From the NCBI RefSeq assembly GCF_009914755.1, contig NC_060926.1: DNA of 64,000 bases; one strand, 5' to 3'. The DNA comes from the human T2T-CHM13v2.0 reference genome, Homo sapiens. A model generated the notes under the pieces. It did not search any database and had not been told where the DNA came from. It was given only the letters and a program-made list of their open reading frames with translations. A program made the translations under genes and the position numbers. Of this stretch, positions 1 to 13,297 are shown in pieces (position 1 is the first letter of the stretch; the number at the start of each line of letters is the position of its first letter).

Positions 1-247
1 CTTATATATTCTGTTTTTTTCTTACACCACATACCCTTGGTAAAGTTTAGTTTATAAACTAGGCATGGTAAGAGATTAACAATAATAAAGAATAATAAAA
101 TAACAAGTATAGTAATATGCTGTAATAAAAATTATACAAATATGGTCTCTCTTCATCTCTCTCAAAATATCTTATTATACTATGCCCACCTATTTCCAGA
201 CCACATTTTACTATGGGTAAGTGAAGCCAGATAAAGGGGGACTACAG
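1..247 (+). mobile_element. Tigger2/MER28-like DNA transposon, 3' end
   Basis: Tigger2-type tail (AAGAGATTAACAATAATA...TGGTCTCTCT...CAAAATATCTTATT) ending in the terminal repeat GATAAAGGGGGACTACAG followed by TA. Confidence 0.75.
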
Positions 248-712
248 TAGGTTACTGATATTATTCTTTCCCTGCCATTTATGTTACAAATGATTTTTCC
301 AAGTTATTATGCATGTGTCAGCCTTGTCTGTGGTGGTTGCAATGTGGAACGTGTTGAGGGGAAGGCCACAGTTTGTGCCATGAAGACTCTTCTGATTTTA
401 TACATAGTCAAATATACCAGTTGTTTCCTTTATGGTTTCTGGCTTACATCTCATCTCATGAAAGATGCTTTTCTGTGGCATAGTAGATGGATTTATTTTG
501 TTTTCAATAGTTTTCCTAAAGGACATTCCTCCCAGGGCACATTTCAAAGAAAGGGCTTCTTTTTAGTGGTACTTTGCCTTTTTTGGTTAACAAACCCTTA
601 GAAATCTGAAAGACCATAATAGATCTTATGACCTCAAAAAACTGCATATGTGTCCATACGCCAAAAGTCTGCATAGATTCTGGGTTTTAGACCCCTGTTT
701 AGTGACCCTTAT

Positions 713-1234
713 TGTGTTAGTCAGGTTTCTCTACAGAAACGGAACCAATAGGAGACAGACACACAGAGAGAGGTAGATATAGATACAGTAATAGAGATAG
801 ATGACAGATAGATAGATAGATAGATAGATAGAGATAGATAGACATAGATATAAAAGAAGGTTTATTATGAGGGTTTGGTTTATGTAATTATGAGGCTGAG
901 AAGTCCCACAGTCTGCTATCTGCAACCTGGAGACTGAGGAAAGCTGGTGGTATAATTCCAGTCTAAGAGGAGGAAGAGACTGATGTCCCAGCTCAAGCAG
1001 GAAGGCCAGAAGCAAAAAGTGATGAATTCCTTCTTCCTCTTCCTTTTTGTTTTATTTAGGCCCTCAACAGATTGGATGATGTCCACCCATATTGGGGAGG
1101 GCAATCTACTTCACAGAATCCACCAATCCAAATGCTAATCATCTGGAAACATCCTCACAGAGAAACCCAGAAATAATGTTTAATCTGGGTGTCCCATAGC
1201 ATGCTCAAGTTGACACATAAACTTAGCCATTACA
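713..1234 (-). mobile_element. MLT2-family (ERVL) solo LTR
   Basis: TGTGTTAGTCAGGTTTCTCTACAGAAAC...CAAGTTGACACATAAACTTAGCCATTACA is the reverse of MLT2 termini; near-TSD CTTAT/TCTAT; internal GATA repeat typical of MLT2. Confidence 0.85.
774..850. repeat. (GATA)n microsatellite inside MLT2
   Basis: Imperfect GATA array, purest at about 807-830. Confidence 0.9.
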
Positions 1235-3579
1235 TCTATCATAGATTGCCTATGAGAGAAGAATCTATTACTGGTGTCTGTGAGTGTGAGAGCCAGGAAG
1301 GCTGTGGCTGGCCTCCCTGTAGTCACCTTGGATGTGCTATTGATGTGGATGAGGCTTTTCCCTGGGGCCTTTCTTCTCATAGGAGTCCTCCCTCCCCACC
1401 CCGAGATACTGATACTTCACATTTTAGTGAAGTGCACAGTAGAATAGAAGAAGCTCTGAGTTAGAAATTAACAAAGGACTGAGGTTACATTGAGGCAAGT
1501 GGGAGTCTGACCCCTGCAGGACAGCCACAGTTTGATCCTGCAGATGAGCCCAGTTCCAGACAGCATTTTCCTTAATCCTTTAGACTCCCATGCCTCTAGC
1601 AATCCACAAGAGATTCCTAACTGACTGTATTTTCTTAGCTTGTTTCCCTCTTTAGGTGATGCAGGAAGCCAAGGGGCTGGAGTGAGAGGAACGGCCTCAC
1701 CCTCGTTGAGATTAGGCTCTTTAGAGTCTTTTTCTGGATAGCAGGTCTTCGTCATGGAGGCCACTCTGGGCTACTTCAAAATGGTGACTTTCCTCCTCTT
1801 CCCTTCCACATTTTCCCCCAGAGGTAGACAGGGATCTTTTCTGGCTTTGGATCTTTCTTTACTTTGAAAACTTGGGGGAGTTCCTAGAGGTAAACCCCTC
1901 AGATGTCCCACCATGTAACCCTGCCCAAGAAGCCAAAAGAAATCTCTTCCTACCTAACAGATTGAATGGCTCCTTGACCCCCATGGGGACTGGTCTCTGG
2001 AGTCTAAAGAGAAAGACAGCAGTGGAGAGAAATGAGGTTTTACAAGCAGTTGGAGCCCAGGCCATGAAAGTTTGTTTAAACATTCTTCTATGCCCATTCT
2101 AGGGGCAGTGAGGAACCACCTAAGAAGAGTCTGTAAGTGAGATTTTCAGATTTGCATTTCCAGAGATCACCCTAGTACTTTGTGAAGGTGGGGTTAAGCA
2201 GACTGAGTTAGGAGTCAATTTCCATCATCTGGGACAGAGACAGGGAGACAGTGGCCTGAAGTGATATTCCTGGAGACAAAGAGAAGTTTAAGGGTCCAAG
2301 AATATAAAGAAGCAGCACATTTGGTGACTGATGATGGCTGGTGGCAGAAAAAGGAACTGAGTCTGGACAGGCTCAGGATGTCACAGCTTCCAGCCTCCCA
2401 GAAGTGCTCCATGGAGCTTCAGCCCCAGCACATCTGGTCTCCCACTTGCTCCAAGGAGGCAATGAAGGGGGCATAGAAGTGCCTTCTGAACTCCCTTTAT
2501 CCACCATCAGGCACAAGAGTCAACGTGTTCACAGGTAATTGTTGAGCATAGTCTACTTAGATTCTAATCACACCATGAAACACTTACTTGAAATTCATAA
2601 CATGGGAACAGTCCTGTTAAACTACGAAAGATTGGCAAAATATAAAAAGAACCTCGTCTACATGACTAACCTGAATGTGCCAATTAAGCTAACTAGCAGC
2701 AGCTTATGCAATTGTTTTGCATCTGAGAAATCTCCACGCAGAAATGGACTCGGCTGAGTACAAAGTGCTACTCCATTACAGGCTCAGATAACGTTAGACC
2801 AGCTGGGTATGCCAGCCAGCTAGGTTCACATCACAGTCCTGGGAACAGCAAGAACCCACAAACCACTGTCTGAACCAGCTCCCTGCTTTCTGGAAGAGGC
2901 CATTCCCACTTAACTGATGAAACCATTGCATCACTGAGACATCAAACAAAAAACCCACGCCCTTAGAATCAAGCACTTCAATTATGACACATAGCCCAGG
3001 AAATTTTCTTTTAAAAGATAAATTATAAAAGTATCAGTGTCACTTTAAGGTAAGCTTTTATTCTTTTTATTTGACCTCTCTGAAATGATATGAAAAAATG
3101 AATGATAAAAAATGCCTATGCCAATTGGATAAAGATTTGGAAGGTAAAACATATATGAGTATTTACAGTCTGAAGAGCATTTTTATTTCTCCCAACACTT
3201 TCAACCCAAAAGTCAGCTCAGTATGCTGTGCTCATCAGTTCTCAGCAGCAGAGACTGAAATACCATCCTTTATTCACAGGACAGAATGTGCATCTATTCT
3301 TGACGCCAGTGGACAGAACATCCTCAGTTTCCTTTGCAAAACTATTTGTAAGGCGCATCCATGATGAGCCCATCCCATCCTGGTCCATCCATTCTTAGAG
3401 CTTCTTAGGAATTTGGAATTTCCATGAGACACAGTGTTGATTTCCTCAAAAATTCTTGTTCTCAAGAGTGAACATTTGGACACTCTCACCTATCTGGGCT
3501 TTTTCATTCTGCAAAGGACTTTCCTTTTTGTAGATTCTTTCTTCAACACCCCTCTAATAGCTGGCTACATGTAGAATCA

Positions 3580-3790
3580 ACTCAGACTTTGAGTCAGACA
3601 GACCTAGGTTTGAGCCCAAGCCCTAGCACCATCTGATAGTGGATATTTTGGTGAATCACTTTTCCTGTCTGAGTCTCACTTTTTTAATCTGTCTAATGGA
3701 GATGCAGTTTAAGGCCATTGTGAGAAACATATGAAAAAACAAAGAAAAAAATGTGAAACTGTTTTATAAAACTTAAAGTCCCATATAAAT
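3580..3790 (+). mobile_element. MIR
   Basis: CAGACTTTGAGTCAGACAGACCTAGGTTTGAGCCC...TCTGAGTCTCACTTTTTTAATCTGTCTAATGGAGAT resembles the MIR core. Confidence 0.65.
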
Positions 3791-5419
3791 GTGAAAAAAG
3801 AAAAGTGGCTCTATGAACAAGATATTTCAAAATGAGCTAAGTTAGTAAAATTTATCCACCTAAAAACAAATGTTTTGAAACAAAAAGAGGAAAATAATCC
3901 TGTGATTTTTTAAGAGTAAATAATATAATTCCTATTTTGTAAGAAAAGTATAATTATGTTCATTTATGTAATGCAGAAATGCCCTCACATTGCATTGTAC
4001 ATAATAAACTAAATGACACAAGAAAAAAAAAAGAGAGAGAGATAATTGTTCACCAAGATGAACATGCAGACATGTCACACATACACAGTACACCCAATGA
4101 AGTCAGCCTATGCTCATGTGCTGGTAGGACTACTTAGCAAACCTGTTACCCCACTTGTAACAGAATTGTGGGTGTGGGCAAGGCTTTTTCAGTATGATGC
4201 CTGAAATTGAGAGGAGTACTGCAAGGGTAACTGTTGGAGCCAAAGCAACCTATCTAATTGGCTTATGTGGCCTAATCTGTGCTCAGATAAATGTAAGCCT
4301 GATGCTACTTGTCACCTACACACAAATGTAGCTACTGTCATCCATGCAAGTCACAATTTTCTTCTCCAGGACATCAAAAGATAGAGGTAGCCCATTTCTC
4401 ACTTTAGAGACAGAAAGAAACTCTGAAAGCAGGAATGTAAACAAAGCTCCTAGAAAATGCAAGCTCATGACTAAGTAAAGCCCCAAAAGTCCACCCAAAT
4501 CAAAGTAACAAGAGGCAAAGGCCACAGCTCAGATCACAAAAGATGGAACAAGCCAGGTGTGCAGAGAGCAAACGAACCGGCAGCCGCTCAGTGACAAATG
4601 CTCTGTGGGGCTTGGGCCATCTTGTTCTTTCTGAATGGCCAAGGAAGAATGTTTGACAACAGCTTCCTCTGCACTGTATAGGGGCAAATCTATGTTTTTA
4701 AATTGAGAGAAAACTTCAGAATATATTAATTTATGCAGAAGAGCTGTTTTGTTGAATATATTTATCAGTCGTACTTCTGAAAACTGAATTACATTTTCGA
4801 CATAAAAAACTTGCAATATAGGGAGCTTTATATTTATAATGCTGATGCTTGCCAATGAAGATGTGGCTTAGGTAAATGTATGTATATGAAATGCAGCATT
4901 TGAATAGCACTCCTAAAATGCAGGCAGCATTCTTGGTGCAAAAGACTATGAGAGCAAAGACATTTACCTAAAACATGTGCTTGTTAGGTATTTTTCCTAA
5001 TCATCTATGCCACACGGACTTTGTAAATAAAATGATAAACCAGTCCCTTAGATCTGCATCTTCCTCTACAAAACCTTTTTCAGCACTCTTTGCACCTGGC
5101 CCTTGTAACAGTTCTGGGATATAATGGCAATAATCCCATTTTACAGATGAGGAAGTTGAGCCTCCGAAGCTCTAGCTGATTGGGGAAGTGTCACCGGGCC
5201 AGTTTGCTGAGCTCGTCTAGAGCTAGTCTAGTGTTTTCTTCCTTAGAACTTTTCTTTTCCTTTGAGAACCGCATCATTATGGAACTAGAAAAGCATTGGC
5301 TTAGGAAGCAGGAGAATTGATTTCTCCTTTCTGCTCTGTGACTAATGCATTGTGTGTCAGTCCTGTTAGCCCTTTCTCCCTCTATGACTCTGCACTCAAC
5401 TGGGGGCTCACTGCCCTGC

Positions 5420-6093
5420 AGTGGGTTGCGACATGGATCCCTTACTAGTTTCTCTGCTTTCAGGCCCCCTTCAGAGTCATTGTGTGTGCACAGTTGCCAG
5501 AGTGGCCTTTCCATGACACAGACCTCTGTGTAACACATTCTAACCTAAAACACTTCAATGGCTTCCCATTCCCCAAAAGATAGAGGCCACATTTATTGCC
5601 TGGCTCATATGGTCCTCCATGAGCTAGTCTTTGTCTGTCTCTCCAGCCCCATTTCTTGGTCTTCCTTCCTCCATACACCATGCCACACACCTATCAATAT
5701 GGATCATACCCAGATGTCTCTTGTCTCTGTCTATATTACCCTTTCTCAACTTGCTTTCACCCATCTGATTTCTACCATAAGACCTTTGTCATGAATTTCT
5801 TTGCCTAAGACATCATCTCTGGCCATTGTGTGCTCTGCCCTTCCTCAGCAGAATGTGCCTTCAGTGTTTCCCCTCTGGGGTCCCGTAATCACTTATAAAT
5901 ATCATCACTGCATTTTGACTTACAAAGAAATAATCTTTTTAAAATAGTTGCTCCTATATTGTCTATGAGGTTTCATTTTTGTTTTGATTTTAAGTTCATG
6001 TCTGAGTCATCTTTCAATCTCTGACATGTAGTATTGTATCCAGCACATGGTAGATGTTAAAGAAACATTTACTGAATACACCAATGAATGAAT
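5420..6093 (+). mobile_element. L2 LINE 3' fragment, degraded
   Basis: L2-type text (CTTCAATGGCTTCCCATT) and tail CAGCACATGGTAGATGTTAAAGAAACATTTACTGAATACACCAATGAATGAATG. Confidence 0.6.
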
Positions 6094-8856
6094 GAAAACG
6101 ATTACAGTATCTCTCTGGGGCTTCCTACTTATGATATTTCCAAAGTCTGATTCACGTGCATGCTCAGAACATCTTGCCAGAACAGATTTTTTTCCCCTTA
6201 AGGAGATTTTGTTGCTTTTCTCAGAGTGCTTCTTTCTAACAAGCTGCCGGAAGAGTTGTGAGATGAATGCCTTGCACTAGAACCCACAGGAACCAGGAGC
6301 TGGGCAAGAGCTGCTGTGGCTCTCCCGCTAATCTTGGTGGACAGCTCTGCCTGCATTGACAATGAGGCCACCCATGCTGTCGATTGATGTGGCCAGGGCA
6401 AGCCTGAGCATGGGTGGTCAGTCTCTCTGGCTGGCCGAGGTGTGGGTGTGTGGGAATCCGCTCCATACCCACACAACCCAGGATGCCAGTTCTTTCCTGG
6501 GGCAGTATAGGGAGAAGGCAAGCCCACTCCTCCTGGGAGACAGGGCAATGCAGGGCCTTGCCAGGCTTTCCAGGTCCTCAGAGGTGTGGCCAGAAGTCGA
6601 CTCATAAGCTGAAGTGAAACAGAAGAACTTGGTCTTGGAGAACAGACAGCAGCATGAGAGGTGTCATTCACTACAACACCCTCACTTATAGATGAAGAAA
6701 CTGATCTTAACAGGACGGGTTTTTCATGATGGCTTTGCAAGTGAACCTCAGGGCACTTACCTTTGCATTGCAAAGAGAAGGGAGAAAGAAAACTAGTCCT
6801 GCCAATGCTCAAGACCATGGTCCAGCACACCTGATCCTGAGAAGTTCACAGTGTCACATGCTTCCAGCCCTCCCCGCCCTCACTTTACCTTGAAACATTC
6901 CCCGCAAACTACTCTGGACCATGCTACCAGGTTGACTGAACACATAGCTTGCATACATATGGATTTCACATTACACACTTCACATATATGAAGAGGCCAG
7001 ACAGCAGAGAAGGGAAATGAACAGATGATGAAGATAAACAGTCGGTCTGGCACTTACCAGCTTTGCCATGACTGGCTTTGTGGCCATGTGCAACTTATTT
7101 AACCCATTGTGCCTCAATTTCCTAAACTTTTTAACTGGACACTAATAACCCACCTCATAGATTTGCTATGTTAGCTATGGCTACTCTAGTTGAAAGCTTA
7201 CCATGTTCCAGGACTTTTAAATACATAACCAGCAAATCTCAAACAATGACCTGCAGAGCACGTGGTGTTATGATGCCTCTTCTACACAGAAAGGTACCAA
7301 TTCAGCCTGTAGGGTCTCAAGTGCAGATTCCATCCCAGGTCTGGCTGATCTCAAATCCAAAGCTCTTTCAGTTCTACTTCATATCTTCTGTCTAGGAATA
7401 ATTACTATTGCTCCGTTCACTTTCAAAAGTGTTCTGGTTTGGAGGATAAGTTACACAGTTGTCCTACTTTCTCCACATCTCCCCTCTGAGAAGCAGAGGC
7501 CTTTATATAAAAGATATGTTTACCTTGAAAACTTGGGCTGGAGAGCCATGTGTGGTCTGGCAAGCTACCCTGGTTTGGTAAATAGATTGGGCATCTTGAC
7601 TTACTGACCTGCCTCTAAGAGCATTGGTGCCAGTCAAGAAGAAAATGCAGGCAGGAATACAGTATTATTTTTCTTTATTTTTGCAAATTTGACCAAAATT
7701 CATCGGCTATCCTCTGGCCTTTTCACAGGATGTTGTGAAACTTAGAGGCCTGTTTTGCAGTAGTTACAGTCATTGGCCCTTAAACTTGGATATTCTTTCT
7801 GCAATATTTCTTAGGTCAAGCCATATAGCCTCTGTAGAAATGGAGGGTGAAAAGTTTGGAAAACTTTTACTTAATTTTATTTCTGGGTTCAGAGTTCCAA
7901 TTATTTAATAACAGTCCTCCTTTTTCATAGAAACTATTGATATTAAATAGAGAAGCAAACACAAGATAATCACAACACAAATCAGAGAGCAAACAAGAAC
8001 AACAAAACAACAGAGGTGGAAACAAAATCTATGGTTTTTTGAAATCAGCAATGGAAAGTCATTCTTGGAAGGAAAGAATGTTCTTCAGAAAAGTCTCAGG
8101 GGAAGAAAGCTGAGAGTGCATGAATGGTGATGACATTGATGTCACATTTGTCTTCCAGATTTGCAAGTGCTGAATCCAGAGGAAGGCAAAGTCTTCCTCT
8201 CAAGCCTTGCCCTTCACCAGCACACACATCCAGCAGATTCCCAACCATCTCCAGCTTCTGACCTGCAAGCTGCATGACCTTGGACGAGTCACTCCCTATC
8301 TCTCCACCTCAGTGTTTCTGGGAGGTGATTTCAAAGGGCCCTTTCTGCTTGAAATCACCTTGACTCTTATCCATTTACCACCATCTTTTATTTGGCCAAG
8401 ACACCATTGGATGTAATCATGATGGGCAATCTGTCTAGAGAAACAAGAGACTGAATAGGTCATTTCTGGTTACAATAGCCAAGCTTGGAATCCTTGATCT
8501 ACATTTTCATATATCTTTCATTTTCATATTCTTTCAGCTCTTTGAGGGGTTGGATTGTGTTACTTTCACTGCAGTATCACCAGTGCCTAGCCCAACAACA
8601 TATTCTTTAATTATTTGTTGAACAAACGAATAGATGAACAAATTTTTCTCGCCATACGGAAATATAAAATCTTGCTCTAAGTTGTAATATCTCATAATTA
8701 CACATGTGAAACAATAACTATCATTTGAAATCCTCTTGTAAAATCAGGTGGGGAAATGAAAGATAGAAATATTCACGTTATATTCATTAATTATGGTGCT
8801 TTATCTCAATAAGTATTATTTTCAGAAAACAAAATCTGAATTGCTTATGTAGTATA

Positions 8857-8994
8857 CAGTAGGCCCTTTGTCTCCATAGGGGATTGGTTTCAGGACCTTC
8901 TCAGATACCACAATCCATGGATGCTTAAGATCGATTGTTTTCCAGGTTAGTGGAATCTGTGGATGTGGTACTTGTGTATACATAGGGCCTACTG
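8857..8994 (+). mobile_element. MER2/Tigger3-type non-autonomous DNA transposon, internally deleted
   Basis: TA-CAGTAGGCCCT...GGATTGGTTTCAGGACC...CAATCCATGGATGCT at the left; GAATCTGTGGATG...AGGGCCTACTG at the right. The 11-bp ends are perfect inverted repeats. Confidence 0.8.
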
Positions 8995-9577
8995 TTTGCA
9001 CTATGGCTCAGCCAACCTAACCAGTTGGCTTATTTGGCCTAATCCAGGCTCAGTTAAAATGCAGGGTCAGTGCTTAGAAGGAAATACATACAATAACCTC
9101 TCACCAACTCTGGGCACTTCTGCAAAAAACACTGGCTGAAAATCCTTAGTTGGCAAGAAGAATAAAGGTCTCACTGAAAGGGTGTTAGGGAAAAATTGAA
9201 AGTGCACTAAAGATAGATTTTTAAATGCAGTAAATAAAACTTCTAGGAAAAATCACTGTCAAAACAAGCCAGTTTTTTCAAGTTAGAAGTTGAATCTTGG
9301 AGGCAATTCTCTTTCTGTTGCTCAGGAAGAAATGCTGCAGGTTCATGATCTGCTGCTATGAATTTTCAGTTTTGTGGATCTGAAAAGCCAATCTGAAGAC
9401 TAAATCCTGTATGATTCCAGACTCTACTTCATTTGACACTGTTTTTACTGTTTTGTAAACAGTACCTGCATTACTAAGTTGAATTGCACTCTTTCCCTTT
9501 TTTAATTTTTGCATGTCTTGGCAAAATGCATCTGTAATCACCTGGCCTTTTCACAAATTATTGTGGAATTTACAAAC

Positions 9578-9660
9578 CTGTTCTGTGGTGTTATCGAGTC
9601 ATCTTCCCTGAAACTGCGATCTTCCTTCTTCACAATGTTTCACAGGTCAGGCTACACAAC
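9578..9660 (-). other. Candidate 83-nt non-coding (5' leader) exon
   Basis: Minus strand: pyrimidine-rich acceptor CATTCTCTCTCTTTGCCCAG| and donor CAG|GTTTGT, purine-rich body, unique sequence. Splice signals only. Confidence 0.3.
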
Positions 9661-9756
9661 CTGGGCAAAGAGAGAGAATGGTAAGACATAATTTCTACCA
9701 TGTTTTCTTGCTTGAAAGGACTAAATAAATTCTTAAGAATTAAAAGTCATCAAAAA

Positions 9757-10606
9757 GGCTGGTGAGGATGTGGAGCAATAGAAACTCTCATTCATTGTTG
9801 GTGGAGATGCAAAATGGTATAGCCACTCTGGACAACAGTTTGGCTGTTTCTTATAAAACTAAACATATTCTTACCATAAGATCCAGCAATCATTGTCCTT
9901 GGTATTTACCCAAAGGAGTTGAAAACGTATATCAACACAAAAACCTGTACAAGGATGTTTATAACAGTTCTGCTTATCGTTGCCAAAACTTGGAAGCAAC
10001 CAAGATGTCCTTCAGTAGGTGAATGAATAAGTAAACTGTACTATTCCAGACAATGGAATATCCAGACAATGGATTATTATTCAACACTAAAAAGAAATGA
10101 GTTTTCAAGCCATGAAAAGACATGGAGGAAACTTAAAGGCATATTACTAAGTGAAAGAAGCACATCTGAAAAGGGTATATATTGTATGACATTCTGGAAA
10201 TGTGAAAACTATGGATATGACAAAAGGATCAGTGGTTGCAAGGGGTTGGGAGTGGGAAAGTTGGGGTGAATAGGCAAAGCAAGGGGGAATTTTAGGGCAG
10301 TGCAAATACTCTGTACAATGCCATCATGATAGATGTGTGTCATTTTACATATGTCCAAACCTGTAGAATGTGCAACACCAAGAGTGAACCCTGCAGTCAA
10401 CTAGGGACTTGGGTGATTTGGATGTGTCAATGTAGGCTCATTGATTGTAATAAATGTACCACTCTGGTGGGGGATGTTGATAATGGGGGAGGCTGTGCAT
10501 GTGTAGGGATGGGAGAGTGTGGAGGAAATCTCTGTACCTTCCTCTTAGTTCTACTGGGAAGCTAAACCTGCTTTTAAAAACATAAAGTCTTGAATAATTA
10601 AAAAAA
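9757..10606 (+). mobile_element. L1MC1-like LINE-1 3' fragment
   Basis: ORF2 end (GGTGAGGATGTGGAGCAATAGAAACTCTCATTC) then L1MC-type 3'UTR (AAATGTACCACTCTGGTGGGGGATGTTGATAATGGGGGAGGCTGTGCATG) and A-rich tail. Confidence 0.85.
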
Positions 10607-11899
10607 GAGTCATGAGTTTGAACATTTTAACATACAACTATAAATCAATGCCAGCTCTAATCCATACAGAGATTATTAAAGCTTCTGACTGCAGATAACA
10701 CCTGAATTAAGTAGACTGTTCCCTCCTCCCATCTCTTTTTTTCCACCTCCCCTGACAACTCCCCACCGTTACCAGGGGAGGCTGAGCAAACACCAAGGTC
10801 CTGTGGGGTTCAGGCAAGTAGTGAGAGCATCTCCTACCACAGTTGTAGAAGGGAGGTGTTTGGGGATGTGCAAGTTGAGATCTGTGAGTAATTAAACTGG
10901 AGAAAAGGTCCAAATGGGTTGTCAAAACAAGGAGGGCCTGAGGCTTATGTGAGGAATCAGATAACAGTCAAGGTGTGGGAGAGACAGTGAGACTGAGAAA
11001 AAGAAACAGTAGGAGGAAAGATGTGTAGGAGGTTCTCTGGGTGAGTATCAGAGACAAGGTACAGTTGAGCATGGCTGGGCCTCTCTGTGTCCCCTATGAT
11101 GAGTTGTTTGGTGGGCTGGAACCATTCCAAGGGCTTGGGATGAGACCGGCCCATCATTTTCCCTTGGCTTATCTGGGCCTCTTATTCTTTTCTCTCTTAC
11201 TTCTCCTGAACCTTCCCTTCCTATACCATGTCCTCTCCCCACTGGACTTTCCATCTAATGTAGGTGTTCCAGCATAATATACCTTATGGCATTACTGTGC
11301 AAAGACCCAGTGTATTGTTTCATGTGCATAGGGTGTGGGTGGAAATGCGTTTAGGGGAAGAAGGGAAATTTATCTGTAGCTAAGGCTGATTTCTAAAGAA
11401 GCTCTTGTTCCTGGATCCCTAAGGCCCATGTTTAACATCCCCAAGTCCTGGAGTTTTCTAGACATCCCTGTTGGTGATGTTCTTCCCTAAATGTAGTGTG
11501 ACGCAGAAGAAGGAACACTGCGCTCCGAGCGTGGTCTCCTGGTTTCAAGGGCAAGCTCTGCCCGTGACAGTGTACTTGAAATCTTGGCTGGGCACAGGTG
11601 CTGACATACTCCCAGGAACTCTAGGAGAAACAGAAGATGAAGTTTCCCTTTTCTTAAGTGGTACAGCTTATAGTAAAGGAGATGGCACTAACATGCAGTG
11701 CAGTGGGAAACAACACAGAAATGATGTAAAACCAGCAAGGTGACCTGAGCGTCACCTGGCCTATAGGTGTTGGGGAAGTCCAGAGGATCAGAGCAGGAGG
11801 ATGCTAGAAGAGACATCTTCAGAGCCAGGACCTGGACTCTAGGGAAAATTTTCACATGAAAATGATAATGATGAAAAAACCATAATTGTAATGATAATA

Positions 11900-12110
11900 A
11901 CATAACTAATACTTTGAGTGCCTATTGGATGGTAGGATATTGTACTAGGTGCTTTATTTTGATTGTTTTTTATATACTCATGTGAATCCACAAGGTAGAA
12001 GCTGCTAGCTACATTCTATGGAATCTCAGATTAGGATTCTGACCAATGTCACACAGCCAGTAATAGAACAGGGGACATGTCCCAAATCTGCCTGTTCCTG
12101 ACACTGCCAG
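11900..12110 (-). mobile_element. MIR
   Basis: Reverse MIR text (ACTAATACTTTGAGTGCC...TGTACTAGGTGCTTT...GTCACACAGCCAGTAA). Confidence 0.55.
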
Positions 12111-12156
12111 GTACTCTTTCCTTTATTCGACTATGTCTCACATCGGCAATGGAATC

Positions 12157-12602
12157 TGTGAGAGCTGATTTTGTGTGTTAACCTGACTGGGCTACGAATG
12201 GCCAAGAAGCTGGGTGTGTCTTTGAGGGTTTCCAGAAAAGATTAGCATTGGAATCACTAGTCTGAGAAAAGAAACTTTCCCTCACCCAATTAATTGAGGG
12301 CATGAATAGAAGAAAAAAAGCAGAGGAGGGGCAAATTTGGTCTGTGCTTGAGCTGAGACACCCATCTTCTCCTGCCTTCAGGCATCAATGCCCCTGGTTC
12401 TAGTGCTTATGGACTCAGACTGGGACTTACAGCATCAGCCCCTGATTCTCAGGTCTGCAGACTCAAACTGAATTACACCACCAGCTTTCCTGTTTCTCCG
12501 GCTTGGAGACAGCAGATTGTGGGACTTCTTGTTCTCCATAACTGTATGAGCCAATTCTTATAATAAATCTCCGTATACGTATATAGATATATGTGTGTGC
12601 AG

Positions 12603-12642
<40 letters not shown>

Positions 12643-12700
12643 AGATAGATAAATAGATACCCTGTTAGTTGTGTTTCTCTGGAGAATCCTTACTAACACA
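12157..12700 (+). mobile_element. MLT2D-like (ERVL) solo LTR with internal (TG)n
   Basis: TG...CA termini (TGTGAGAGCTGATTTTGTGTGTTAACCTGACTGGGC...TCTCTGGAGAATCCTTACTAACACA); perfect 5-bp TSD GAATC at 12152-12156 and 12701-12705; (TG)n at about 12606-12639. Confidence 0.9.
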
Positions 12701-12967
12701 GAATCTTACTCCAGACTCTTTAATTGCATAAAGTAAAGGCAGATCAATCCTTCAATGGGGCCAGTAGTATGAATTTCAAGTTATTCAGCCATCGCTTCCT
12801 CAGTTCATTTATAAAAAGACAAGGCCACAAAGCATTCTGCAGTAGAATTCATAGCCAAAAAATTAATTAGAGACAAAGACTCTGGAATTTCTTTGAGTGT
12901 CTTATTTCTATCTCCTTTACTAGGCTCAAAATAACCTATTAAACCATGTGATAAAAATAAATCGACA

Positions 12968-13297
<330 letters not shown>

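Noticed and set aside
6198-6830. Longest ORF (210 aa, minus strand)
   Set aside because: Begins at a non-ATG codon, has S/P/L-rich composition with no recognisable domain, and partly overlaps MIR-like sequence. Likely chance.
9356-9541. Protein-like 61-aa minus-strand ORF
   Set aside because: Non-ATG start, no recognisable homology and no convincing splice sites framing it.
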